Assembly (NCBI GenBank): GCA_013360915.1
Contig: JABWAT010000002.1
Coordinates: 258,098 to 322,097 of the forward strand
Direction of reading: 5' to 3'
Source of the DNA: Bacteroidota bacterium
Lineage (GTDB): Bacteria; Bacteroidota; JABWAT01
DNA: 64,000 nt
In this document: one piece after another, positions 47,049 through 56,123 of the stretch
Layout: each line of letters starts with the position of its first letter
How positions within the stretch are numbered: the first letter of the stretch is position 1
Program-made: the position numbers and the translations under genes
Notes under the pieces: generated by a model
The model's input: only the letters and a program-made list of their open reading frames with translations
What the model was told of the DNA's origin: nothing
Databases searched by the model: none

Positions 47049-50000
47049 ATGAAACACAGAATCAGTCGCCTCCTTCTTTTCCTTTTCTTTCTCTTGGGTC
47101 CCCTGACCTCGGCGGCTCAGTCTATTCTTTTTGACCGTCTGGGCGCCGAACAAGGCTTTCCTCTTGGAATTGTCAACGGAATCCTTCAGGATGAAACTGG
47201 TTTTATATGGATCGCAACCCCAGATGGATTATACCGTTACGACGGATATGGGCTAAAAGCCTACAAACACCGGCCCACCGATGTTAATTCGCTGTCTGAT
47301 AATAATATCCTCACCATTCAGCAATCAAAAACGGGAAAAATCTGGATCGGTACGGCTGGGGGAGGCTTAAACCTTTTTGACCCGGCGACAGAAACGTTCA
47401 GACGTTACCCGACCGATTTTAATGATCCGAAAGCATTATCAAACATAACCGTACGCGGAGTGGTGGAAGATTCCCGAAACATGGTCTGGATCACCACGGC
47501 CTTCGGATTGAACCGTCTGAACCCCGAAACCGGAGAAGTCACCCGGTATTTCAATCAGCCCGGAGTCCCCAATTCCCTGGCTTCAAATGACATGCGGGAT
47601 ATTACCATTGACCGTGAAGATCGTCTGTGGATTGCCACCGATGATGCCACCGGTCTGGTGTCATACAATCCCCAATCCGGACGGTTCTCCCTGTTCAGGC
47701 ATCAGCCGGGAAATCCCAATTCAATTTCGAACAACTCGATCCGGGCGGTTTATGCCGATGAACAGGGATTTGTATGGGTTGGTACCGATGCCGGATTGAA
47801 TCGGCTGAATCCGGCCAACGGGCATTTCTGGCGGGTGACCAACGACCCGCGGTACCCGCAGGCCTGGTCCCGGGTACGTATCGAAACCATTATCCGTGAC
47901 TCTCGCGGAAATATCTGGTTTGGAACGGTTACTGATGGCATTTTCCGTCTGGATATCAATTCCGGAAAAATGGTTCAGTCGAAGTATGATGTACTGAATC
48001 CGAATTCCATCAGCGGAGATTGGGTGCTTTGTCTGTTTGAAAGCCGGTCAAAAATCATATGGGCAGGAACGTCTGGCAATGGCATCAATAAGTACTCCCC
48101 GGTAAAGGAAAAATTCCGTCACTATAAAAAGGAAACCGGTAAAACCAACACCCTTCAGAGCAATACCATCCGGGCCCTATATCAGGATATGACCGGTGAT
48201 TTATGGATCGGGACCATTTCGGGTGGAGTAACGCGGATGGATCTTGAAACCGGTGAATTGACCACTATTCGCAGGGTTGCCGGCCAGGCGAATACCCTTC
48301 CCATCGACGATGTGTCGTCTGTTTTTCAGGATACACCTGGTGAAATCTGGTTTGGAACCTGGCGGGGCGGGCTGGTCAGGATGAATCAGATTTCGGGGAC
48401 CATGCAATTGTTTCAGGCCAATGAGGGAAACCAGGCTTCGCTCAGTGATGACCGGATACAAACCATTTTTAAATCGAAAAGGGGAAATCTCTGGGTCGGA
48501 ACCGAAAACGGGCTGAATCTGATCAACCGGGAGGCCGGAACCTTCACCCGATTCCGTCATAATCCCACCGATCAGGGAAGCATCAGCGACAGCCGGGTGC
48601 AGACCATTTATGAAGATACCCGCGGTCGTTTATGGATCGGCACCTGGAATGGTCTGAATCTGTTGAATGAACAAACCGGTCAGTTCACCCGGTATCTGAT
48701 GGACCGTGACGATGATCTTGGGATCAATAACAACAGTGTGATTTCCATAGCCGAAGACCGGACCGGAAAACTCTGGCTGGCAACCTATGGTGGTGGTCTG
48801 AATCTCTTTGATCCGCAGAGCGGAAAGGTGGATGTCTATTTTTCTGAGGAGGATGGTCTCCCCAGCAATCTTTTATACGGACTGACCCGCGATGATAACG
48901 GCCAACTCTGGATCAGCACCACCCGTGGTCTTTCCCGATTCAATCCGCAGGAACGGAAGTTCAGGAACTATGACAGTCAGGATGGGCTTCAGAGTACCGA
49001 ATTCTACTGGGGAGCTTATCACCGGCTGAAAGACGGACACATGGTGTTTGGTGGTCTTAACGGATTTAATTATTTCCACCCGGACAGTGTTTACGATAAT
49101 TCGCATATACCGCCGCTGGTACTCACCGGTTTCCGGATATTTGATAAACCTGCCACCCTGCCCGGGACCCTTCATTCACTTTCCGAAATCGTTCTCAGTT
49201 ACGAGCAGAACTTTTTTACCTTCGAGTTTGCAGCTCTCGACTATAACAATCCCGAAAAAAACCAGTATGCCTATAAACTGGAGGGATTTAATGAGGAATG
49301 GATAACCGCCGGGAACAACCGGTCTGCCACCTTTACCAACCTGGATGGAGGTGATTATACCTTCCGGGTCATTGGCTCAAACAGCGACAATCAGTGGAAC
49401 ATGGATGGATTGGCCATCAAACTGACCGTGCTTCCACCATTTTATAAAACGTGGTGGTTCCGGATTCTGGTGGGTCTTTCTGTTGCCGGTCTTGTGTTGT
49501 TCTGGTTCCGGACCCGTCTGAATCTGATTGAAAAACAAAAGGACCTGCTGGAACAACAGGTTGCAGAACGGACTCATGAACTGGCTCTGAAAACCGAATC
49601 GCTAGAAAACATCAACACGATTGTAAAGGCCATCAATTCTGAACTGAATTTCGGACGGTTATTGCAGGTGGTTCTTGAGCAGATCAGAGTGGTTAAGGGA
49701 ATTGAGTTTTCGGTTGCCATTGATCTGGACCGTACCCTTCAGCAATATGTCATCCGGCTGACCGAGGGAACTTCAACTCTGGCAGATACCAATATCGGGC
49801 CACGGGCTGATTTCGAGGAACGAATCATTTCCGGTGGAAAAATCATTGCTCCGAATATTCTGGTTATTCAAAAGCCTTCAGCGAACAGTCATCCCATGTG
49901 GGAAGTTCTGGACAGAGTGCCTGCAAGTATGCTGGTCTTCCGGATTCTGGTTGATCAGGTCGTGGAAGGCTATCTGATTTTTGGAAACTGGACCGATGTC

Positions 50001-50810
50001 ACCGCCTTTGACAGTCCGGATGTTCAGTTATTTGAGAATCTGAGAGAGCATATTCAGACTGCTTTCATCAAAACCCGCCTGATGGATGAACTGCGCATTC
50101 TGAACGAAAAGAAAAATGAATTTCTTGGAATTGCAGCACACGATCTGCGAAACCCGCTTACCATTATCATGAATTACGTTCAGCTCGTTGCCGAGCAGCT
50201 GAAATCGAATCGCTTCGATCCTGCAAAAGCCTCACGTGACCTTGAGAAGGTTCTGAATGTGACCCAGCAAATGACACGCATGATCGCTGCCTTCCTCGAT
50301 ATTTCTTCAATTGAGGCGGGAAAAATTGAGTTGAACAAGCGACCCGATAATGTGTCGACCCTTCTGATGGAAACCGAAAGTTTTTACCAGCGGCTGGCCG
50401 AGCAGAAATCCATTTCTCTGCAGTATCACTATCTGGGCCGGATTCCTGATGTTCACATGGACCGTGACCGGGTGGCTGAAGTGGTTGATAACCTGATCAC
50501 AAACGCCATTAAATACACTCACCCGGGCGGATCAATCACAGTGACCTGTTATGAGGAGAAGAGTGAGGTTCTGGTGACAGTTTCTGATACCGGTCAGGGA
50601 TTGACCGATTCGGACATGAAGGAATTGTTTACCAGCTTTAAAAAACTGAGTTCAACCCCGACGGCCGGAGAGGCCAGCACCGGGCTTGGTCTGGCCATTG
50701 TAAAGAAAATCATGGATCTGCACCACGGAAGGGTATGGGCTCAATCTAAAAAAGGTCACGGGTCCTCGTTCAGTATTGCGTTTCCCGTGCTTAAAAAACA
50801 GGCTGTTTAA
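47049..50810 (+). CDS. sensor histidine kinase with periplasmic two-component-regulator propeller repeats and Y_Y_Y domain (no receiver domain)
   Basis: Signal peptide. About 12 repeats of the W.GT..GL..(Y/F)D-type propeller motif. Y_Y_Y-like block (YKLEGFNEEW...GDYTFRV), TM, coiled coil, HisKA (FLGIAAHDLRNPL), HATPase_c (N..KYT, D.G.G, GLGLAIVK). Confidence 0.8.
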   Translation: MKHRISRLLLFLFFLLGPLTSAAQSILFDRLGAEQGFPLGIVNGILQDETGFIWIATPDGLYRYDGYGLKAYKHRPTDVNSLSDNNILTIQQSKTGKIWIGTAGGGLNLFDPATETFRRYPTDFNDPKALSNITVRGVVEDSRNMVWITTAFGLNRLNPETGEVTRYFNQPGVPNSLASNDMRDITIDREDRLWIATDDATGLVSYNPQSGRFSLFRHQPGNPNSISNNSIRAVYADEQGFVWVGTDAGLNRLNPANGHFWRVTNDPRYPQAWSRVRIETIIRDSRGNIWFGTVTDGIFRLDINSGKMVQSKYDVLNPNSISGDWVLCLFESRSKIIWAGTSGNGINKYSPVKEKFRHYKKETGKTNTLQSNTIRALYQDMTGDLWIGTISGGVTRMDLETGELTTIRRVAGQANTLPIDDVSSVFQDTPGEIWFGTWRGGLVRMNQISGTMQLFQANEGNQASLSDDRIQTIFKSKRGNLWVGTENGLNLINREAGTFTRFRHNPTDQGSISDSRVQTIYEDTRGRLWIGTWNGLNLLNEQTGQFTRYLMDRDDDLGINNNSVISIAEDRTGKLWLATYGGGLNLFDPQSGKVDVYFSEEDGLPSNLLYGLTRDDNGQLWISTTRGLSRFNPQERKFRNYDSQDGLQSTEFYWGAYHRLKDGHMVFGGLNGFNYFHPDSVYDNSHIPPLVLTGFRIFDKPATLPGTLHSLSEIVLSYEQNFFTFEFAALDYNNPEKNQYAYKLEGFNEEWITAGNNRSATFTNLDGGDYTFRVIGSNSDNQWNMDGLAIKLTVLPPFYKTWWFRILVGLSVAGLVLFWFRTRLNLIEKQKDLLEQQVAERTHELALKTESLENINTIVKAINSELNFGRLLQVVLEQIRVVKGIEFSVAIDLDRTLQQYVIRLTEGTSTLADTNIGPRADFEERIISGGKIIAPNILVIQKPSANSHPMWEVLDRVPASMLVFRILVDQVVEGYLIFGNWTDVTAFDSPDVQLFENLREHIQTAFIKTRLMDELRILNEKKNEFLGIAAHDLRNPLTIIMNYVQLVAEQLKSNRFDPAKASRDLEKVLNVTQQMTRMIAAFLDISSIEAGKIELNKRPDNVSTLLMETESFYQRLAEQKSISLQYHYLGRIPDVHMDRDRVAEVVDNLITNAIKYTHPGGSITVTCYEEKSEVLVTVSDTGQGLTDSDMKELFTSFKKLSSTPTAGEASTGLGLAIVKKIMDLHHGRVWAQSKKGHGSSFSIAFPVLKKQAV

Positions 50811-51658
50811 GGAAGCAGGTCTTCGCACAGATCACGGTAGGAGGCCAGGGTTCCTGATAAACGCTGACGCTGGGAAGTGGTCAGCGTCTGATCGAGCGAT
50901 AAAATGAGCTGGCGGGTCACCCGACGGTTGTTGTCATTAATCTTTCCCAGTTCAGAAGTGGTATCGCGGACCAGCAGCCACTCCCGCAATTTCTCTTTCA
51001 TCACCTGTGGCTGATTCCGTTGTTCCAGGATCGATAAAAAAGCTTCCTGCCGCTGCAGTCTCCAGGCATAGCGCAAATCACCCCCCTCTGTCATCCGTGC
51101 AACATGTGATCGGATGATTCCGGTCTGGTCGGGTGATAGGTCCCCGATGGTGTCTTCAATCCGTTCAATCCACCGGTCGGTCCGTTTCTGCAACCGCTCA
51201 TCCGCCGGAAGGTCTTCACTTGAATCAAGTAACTTCTGGTTCTCCTTGGCAAAGGACTGTTTCAGTTGGGCAACCTGGGCATCGGTGAGCCGGGGAAGTA
51301 GCATTCCGGCCGGTGAAATGGTTTTCTGTACCAGACGTTTCCAGGCAGAATCGGCTTCTGCCAGTACCATATCATACTGATTGGGGGAAATGGGGGAGAG
51401 GGCTTGCCTGGACCAGGTATCAAGTTTGCTCGCATACCGTGGTATTTCCTGTGAACGGTGCCAGGACAAGAGGTTTTTCAGTTCAAGTTTCAGCAGGGCC
51501 GATTGGGTGGCATCGAGGTCGAGGTACCGGCTCACCATCATGGCTCCCAGAAAATCGGCCTGCAGATACCCGATTTTAAGAACAGAGCACCCACCGGAAA
51601 TGATCAGACCAGCAAACAGAACCAGGGGAAGCAGGAATCTGTGGGCTGGTCTTTTCAT
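50807..51658 (-). CDS. hypothetical lipoprotein
   Basis: MKRPAHRFLLPLVLFAGLIISGGCS lipobox. Helical, no recognisable domain. 3' end overlaps the kinase stop by 4 nt (convergent). Confidence 0.45.
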   Translation of the reverse strand: MKRPAHRFLLPLVLFAGLIISGGCSVLKIGYLQADFLGAMMVSRYLDLDATQSALLKLELKNLLSWHRSQEIPRYASKLDTWSRQALSPISPNQYDMVLAEADSAWKRLVQKTISPAGMLLPRLTDAQVAQLKQSFAKENQKLLDSSEDLPADERLQKRTDRWIERIEDTIGDLSPDQTGIIRSHVARMTEGGDLRYAWRLQRQEAFLSILEQRNQPQVMKEKLREWLLVRDTTSELGKINDNNRRVTRQLILSLDQTLTTSQRQRLSGTLASYRDLCEDLLP

Positions 51659-51669
51659 CGGAGATCCTT

Positions 51670-52131
51670 TCAGGTCAGGTCGTCATTTCCCTTGTAGTCC
51701 GAAATCACGCGGGTAAAGTGATACCCTTTAATCTCATATCCTTCACGGTAATAGAATTTGTGAGACCGGGTGTTGGTGGCAAACGCATCGAGCATGATGG
51801 TGTTACACCCTTGCTCGCGTGCATAATCTTCGAGCCAGGTCATGAATTCATGTCCGATACCATCCGAACGAAAACGGTCGTCGATGATGAAGTCATCAAG
51901 TTCCAGATACCGTCCGCAATAAAATTTCGTTCCGATCCAAACACCGCAAATACCGGCACAGGTTCCATCCGACAGAAAGGCTCCTGCACATTTAAACCCG
52001 GTCTGCCACATTTCATCGAGATATTTTTTCAGTCGCTGACGGGTGACCTCCCGGTTGAGGTTTCCTGCGAAATTCAGTATGGTATCGTTGTCATTGGGGG
52101 TCATCCAACGAAAGGAGATGGATTTCTTCAT
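51670..52131 (-). CDS. GNAT family N-acetyltransferase
   Basis: Start chosen at MKKSISF. GNAT motif A region DDFIIDDRFRSDGIGHEFMTWLEDYAREQGC. Confidence 0.7.
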   Translation of the reverse strand: MKKSISFRWMTPNDNDTILNFAGNLNREVTRQRLKKYLDEMWQTGFKCAGAFLSDGTCAGICGVWIGTKFYCGRYLELDDFIIDDRFRSDGIGHEFMTWLEDYAREQGCNTIMLDAFATNTRSHKFYYREGYEIKGYHFTRVISDYKGNDDLT

Positions 52132-52276
52132 GGAGTGGTCCTTTTGGTCTACAGGTTTCAAAGATAAGAGGGAGTCACCAAATGCAAAAACCAATCAGCC
52201 ATGAATAGAAGACGAAAGGATAAAGACCCACTTTTCCCGTGGTAGAAAACACCTGGTAAAATGAGTACCTTTTTGT

Positions 52277-53311
52277 ATGAACACACAGATCCTCCTTTTC
52301 CATCTGAGTCTGGTTTTTGCAGTACTGATGGCTCCTGCTTCTTCTCCTGCTCAGAACAGGGACCCTTTTCCAACTGATTCAGCAGCAGTTTGCTGGTGGA
52401 ATACCATTGAACAGCTATCCGACAGTGGCTGGACAGAGGGCAAAACGGTCAGTCCGTTTTATCCGGACTATCTTTCATTTTACCGACTGCCGGTGAATGA
52501 GAAGCAGGTTACCTACTCAATCAGAAATCTTCGCAAGGCAGGATTCAGGCTATTTATGCAGCAATGGAACCCTGACGATCCGAAAGCCACGGTTCTGGTC
52601 GGACATGGTTACATGGACCATACCGGAATGCACGGACGGCTGATTGCGTTTCTGCTTGAACGCGGATACCGGGTGGTTACCTGGGACTTACCAGGACATG
52701 GTCTTTCTGATGGACCCCGCGGAGCCATTGATTCCTTTTCTGTTTACAGTCAATTGTTTGAAAAAGTGGTTGGTGAGGTAAAAACCTCGTCTCCCGGCCC
52801 GGTTCATTTTATCGGGCACAGCACCGCCTGCCTGATTGCGTTTAATTACCTGACCAAAGCAATGGCTGATCCGTTTGATTCGGTTGTGTTTGTCGCACCG
52901 CTTGCCCGGCATTTTCTGTGGGAGCCCGGTGTGTTCGGCCATGCGGTTTTAAAAAAGACCGGTATTTCCCGACTTCCGCGTATGGTCATGAATGTCAGTG
53001 GTGATGAGGCGTTTAATAACCTGCTGCGTATTGATCCGCTGAACAGCGGATGGGTTCCGGTCAGCTGGCCGGCCGCACTCTATAAATGGGAAAATCACCG
53101 GCCGGTTGAACCCGTGTCTCATCGTCAGGTTCTGATTCTGACCGGAACCCATGATACAGTGGTGGATGCAGATTGGAACCGGGTGTATTATCAGCAGGTT
53201 TTTCCAGCCGTGAAAATTGAGATAATTCCGGGAGGGCGACATCATCTGCTCAATGAGGAATCGAAAATCAGAGATATCGTTTATTCGGTTCTGGAGGGTG
53301 TTTTTCCGTAA
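52277..53311 (+). CDS. alpha/beta hydrolase (lysophospholipase/monoacylglycerol-lipase-like), secreted
   Basis: Signal peptide. HGYMDHTG oxyanion-hole region. GHSTA nucleophile elbow (G-H-S-x-A variant of GxSxG). Confidence 0.7.
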   Translation: MNTQILLFHLSLVFAVLMAPASSPAQNRDPFPTDSAAVCWWNTIEQLSDSGWTEGKTVSPFYPDYLSFYRLPVNEKQVTYSIRNLRKAGFRLFMQQWNPDDPKATVLVGHGYMDHTGMHGRLIAFLLERGYRVVTWDLPGHGLSDGPRGAIDSFSVYSQLFEKVVGEVKTSSPGPVHFIGHSTACLIAFNYLTKAMADPFDSVVFVAPLARHFLWEPGVFGHAVLKKTGISRLPRMVMNVSGDEAFNNLLRIDPLNSGWVPVSWPAALYKWENHRPVEPVSHRQVLILTGTHDTVVDADWNRVYYQQVFPAVKIEIIPGGRHHLLNEESKIRDIVYSVLEGVFP

Positions 53312-53581
53312 CGGACAGGAAGCCAATCGGCCTGTCGGGGACAGTTTCCTTTCCTGATGAAAGTAAGTCGACTGCCAAGGTTCACCCGGCCCGGGATCGT
53401 ACGGACCAATAAATGTATAAAAACGGGATCAAATGAATGATTGTAATCATCGGGATCCTGGCAAAAAATACTTTCTTAACCTGAACCTTGTCAGTTTTTA
53501 ATGGAAAGTAGGTGAAAAAACTGATCAGAATTTCCGAAACATGATTGACTGATTCGTATTTTCAGGTTTTTCTGTTATGGG

Positions 53582-55771
53582 ATGTTTTTCATGCACAAAC
53601 TGCTTTTTTTGTTTTTCCTTCCTGTTCTGAATGTTCTTTCTTTCGCTCAGGGTTCCGAAACCTTTTCCAATATTCCCACAGGCCAATCCAGTTATGCCTC
53701 ACGGACATGGACCGGTGATAATGGACTTCAATGGACGGCTTCTAAGGCGCGGACCGACCTGACCATCACAGGTCCGGCCATTACCGTCGACGGACGGACG
53801 ACCACAGAATCCATTTCTGTCACTGGCATTCCGGGCGGAATCGGGTCCATCACGCTGACTCACCGACAGGAATTTACCGGATCGGGCGGTTTACTGACGG
53901 TCAAAATCAACGGTGAAACGGTGGGGTCGGCCATTCCGATCACCACCACGGCCACCGCATCGACGATAACAAACATTGGTATATCGGGTACCATTGCACT
54001 TACCATTGAGATTACCTCGGTTCGTGCCTCGGTGGATGATATCACCTGGACCGGCAGTGATGGGGGAGGCCCGGTTCTGAAAGGAGAACCCAGTTCGTAT
54101 CCCACCTCGGTGATAGCCCCGAATCCGGCCGCCACCAGTTTTTCGGTGGAATGGCTCGATGCAGTGGGAGATACCCTGCCGGATGGTTATCTGCTCAAAG
54201 GATCTGCCACCGGATTTGCTTCGATTCCATCGCCGGTTGATGGCGTGGCCGAACTTACCGGTGTGCTGACGAAAACCGCTTCATTCGGGGTTGAAACTGT
54301 CCTTTTCACCGGACTGGAAGCATCGACAACCTACTATCTGAAGATATTTCCCTACACCAATTCGGGTGCATCCATCAATTATAAAACGGATGGAGAGGCG
54401 CCTCAGGTCAGCGTGACCACGGCTTCATCAGGTGGTGGAGGCGGAGATATCCCGGCCGGTTACTATCAGACGGCCACCGGATCGGGTGCGACGCTGAAGA
54501 CCAATCTGTACAACATCATCAAGGGACATACCTCGGTCAGTTACAATTCGCTTTACACTCACTTCCAGTCAACCGACAGCCGGTCGGATGGCAAGATATG
54601 GGATATGTACTCCAACGTAACCTGGACGCATGGTCAGAAGCAATGTGGCAGTTATTCGCAAGAAGGGGATTGCTACAACCGGGAGCACTCATTTCCGGCT
54701 TCCTGGTTTAACGATGCCAGTCCGATGTATTCTGACTTGTTTCATCTGTATCCGACCGATGGGTATGTGAACAACCGGCGTAGTAACTATCCGTTTGGCC
54801 GGGTGAACTCACCCAGTTACACCTCACAGAACGGAAGTAAAGTCGGTTCAAACTCCACACCGGGTTTTTCAGGAACCGTTTTCGAACCGATTGACGAATA
54901 CAAAGGTGATTTTGCCCGAACCGTTTTCTACATGGTCACCCGTTATGAAAACCTGGTCTCTGGGTGGGAAAACAACACATCCAACGCCGATGCAGTCCTG
55001 TCGGGAAATACCTTTCCGGCATTGGAGCAGTGGGCGCTCGATCTGTACTGGCAGTGGCATCAGGATGATCCCGTCAGCCAGAAGGAAATCGATCGCAATA
55101 AGGCCATTTATGAAATTCAGGACAACCGGAATCCATACATCGACCATCCGGAATATGTTGATCTGGTCTGGGGCGGGGTTGCCACGGCTGTTGAACTGAC
55201 CGACTGGTCGGGCCATTGGATAAACGGATCGGTCCGGTTAAACTGGAGTACCGAATCGGAGTGGGAATCGGCCGGATTTGAAGTTTTCCGGTCGGACCAT
55301 CCGGCGGATGGATTCAGGAAAATTGCGTCGGTTGATCTGACGGATAAAAAAGCCCCCCATGGCACCAATGGCGGGCAGTATGAATGGACGGACCTTGTTC
55401 CCCATCAGGCCCGGGTATGGTATTACCGGCTGGATGAATTGTCGGCATCGGGTGAACGGACGTCCTATCCGGTTATCCGAGTGAAATCAACCGGGGAAAC
55501 AATTGGAAAGCTCGAGGTGCATTCTATATGGCCGAATCCGTTCAATCCGTCGGTACAAATGGATTATTCAGTAGCGACAGGCGGAGAGGCCACCATTTCG
55601 GTGGTGTCGGTGCTGGGTCAGGTGCAAATGACTCAAAAAATTCAACTGACACCGGGAAGGCATGAGTGGCAATGGTCTCCGACCGGGCAGCCGGTGGCTT
55701 CGGGCGTCTATTACATCATCATCCGCACAGCCGGATCGACCATTTCAAAACCGGTGGTTTATCTGAAGTAG
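53582..55771 (+). CDS. secreted Endonuclease-I family (EndA/NucM-like) nuclease with N-terminal Thr-rich beta domains and T9SS C-terminal sorting domain
   Basis: Signal peptide. Middle region YN.EHSFPASWF...DLFHLYPTDGYVNNRRSNYPFG...DEYKGDFARTVFYM matches Pfam Endonuclease_1. C-terminal IWPNPFNPS...SGVYYIIIRT matches the T9SS CTD. Confidence 0.7.
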   Translation: MFFMHKLLFLFFLPVLNVLSFAQGSETFSNIPTGQSSYASRTWTGDNGLQWTASKARTDLTITGPAITVDGRTTTESISVTGIPGGIGSITLTHRQEFTGSGGLLTVKINGETVGSAIPITTTATASTITNIGISGTIALTIEITSVRASVDDITWTGSDGGGPVLKGEPSSYPTSVIAPNPAATSFSVEWLDAVGDTLPDGYLLKGSATGFASIPSPVDGVAELTGVLTKTASFGVETVLFTGLEASTTYYLKIFPYTNSGASINYKTDGEAPQVSVTTASSGGGGGDIPAGYYQTATGSGATLKTNLYNIIKGHTSVSYNSLYTHFQSTDSRSDGKIWDMYSNVTWTHGQKQCGSYSQEGDCYNREHSFPASWFNDASPMYSDLFHLYPTDGYVNNRRSNYPFGRVNSPSYTSQNGSKVGSNSTPGFSGTVFEPIDEYKGDFARTVFYMVTRYENLVSGWENNTSNADAVLSGNTFPALEQWALDLYWQWHQDDPVSQKEIDRNKAIYEIQDNRNPYIDHPEYVDLVWGGVATAVELTDWSGHWINGSVRLNWSTESEWESAGFEVFRSDHPADGFRKIASVDLTDKKAPHGTNGGQYEWTDLVPHQARVWYYRLDELSASGERTSYPVIRVKSTGETIGKLEVHSIWPNPFNPSVQMDYSVATGGEATISVVSVLGQVQMTQKIQLTPGRHEWQWSPTGQPVASGVYYIIIRTAGSTISKPVVYLK

Positions 55772-55785
55772 AAACGAACCGGCTA

Positions 55786-56121
55786 TCAGCCGGCTTCACC
55801 CCCATTGGTAATGCGGATCACCTGCTCCTCCAGGTCAATCCGGTACCCGTCTGACCGTGCGTACAGGGCCAGTTTCCTGAATAACGCATCGACCGTTCTG
55901 GCTAGGGAGTGGTTTACCGGATTTATGGTCGTCACTTCCCATCCATTCTTAACATTCCGGATAACAAGAACCGGGGCTGTCACCCCGGCTTCCTTTGCTG
56001 CGACTGTGAGCACCTGGTTAGTTTCTGAAACCACCTGCCCGAGCCAGGCAGGTTGAACGGACTGAGCTACACCTGCCTGAAAAAATCCGACCAGAATGAG
56101 GGTGAGTACCGACCGGATCAT
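55786..56121 (-). CDS. small secreted hypothetical protein
   Basis: Start chosen at MIRSVLTLILVGFFQAGVAQS (signal peptide), immediately after the upstream SBP stop. 111 aa. Confidence 0.35.
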   Translation of the reverse strand: MIRSVLTLILVGFFQAGVAQSVQPAWLGQVVSETNQVLTVAAKEAGVTAPVLVIRNVKNGWEVTTINPVNHSLARTVDALFRKLALYARSDGYRIDLEEQVIRITNGGEAG

Positions 56122-56123
56122 TC

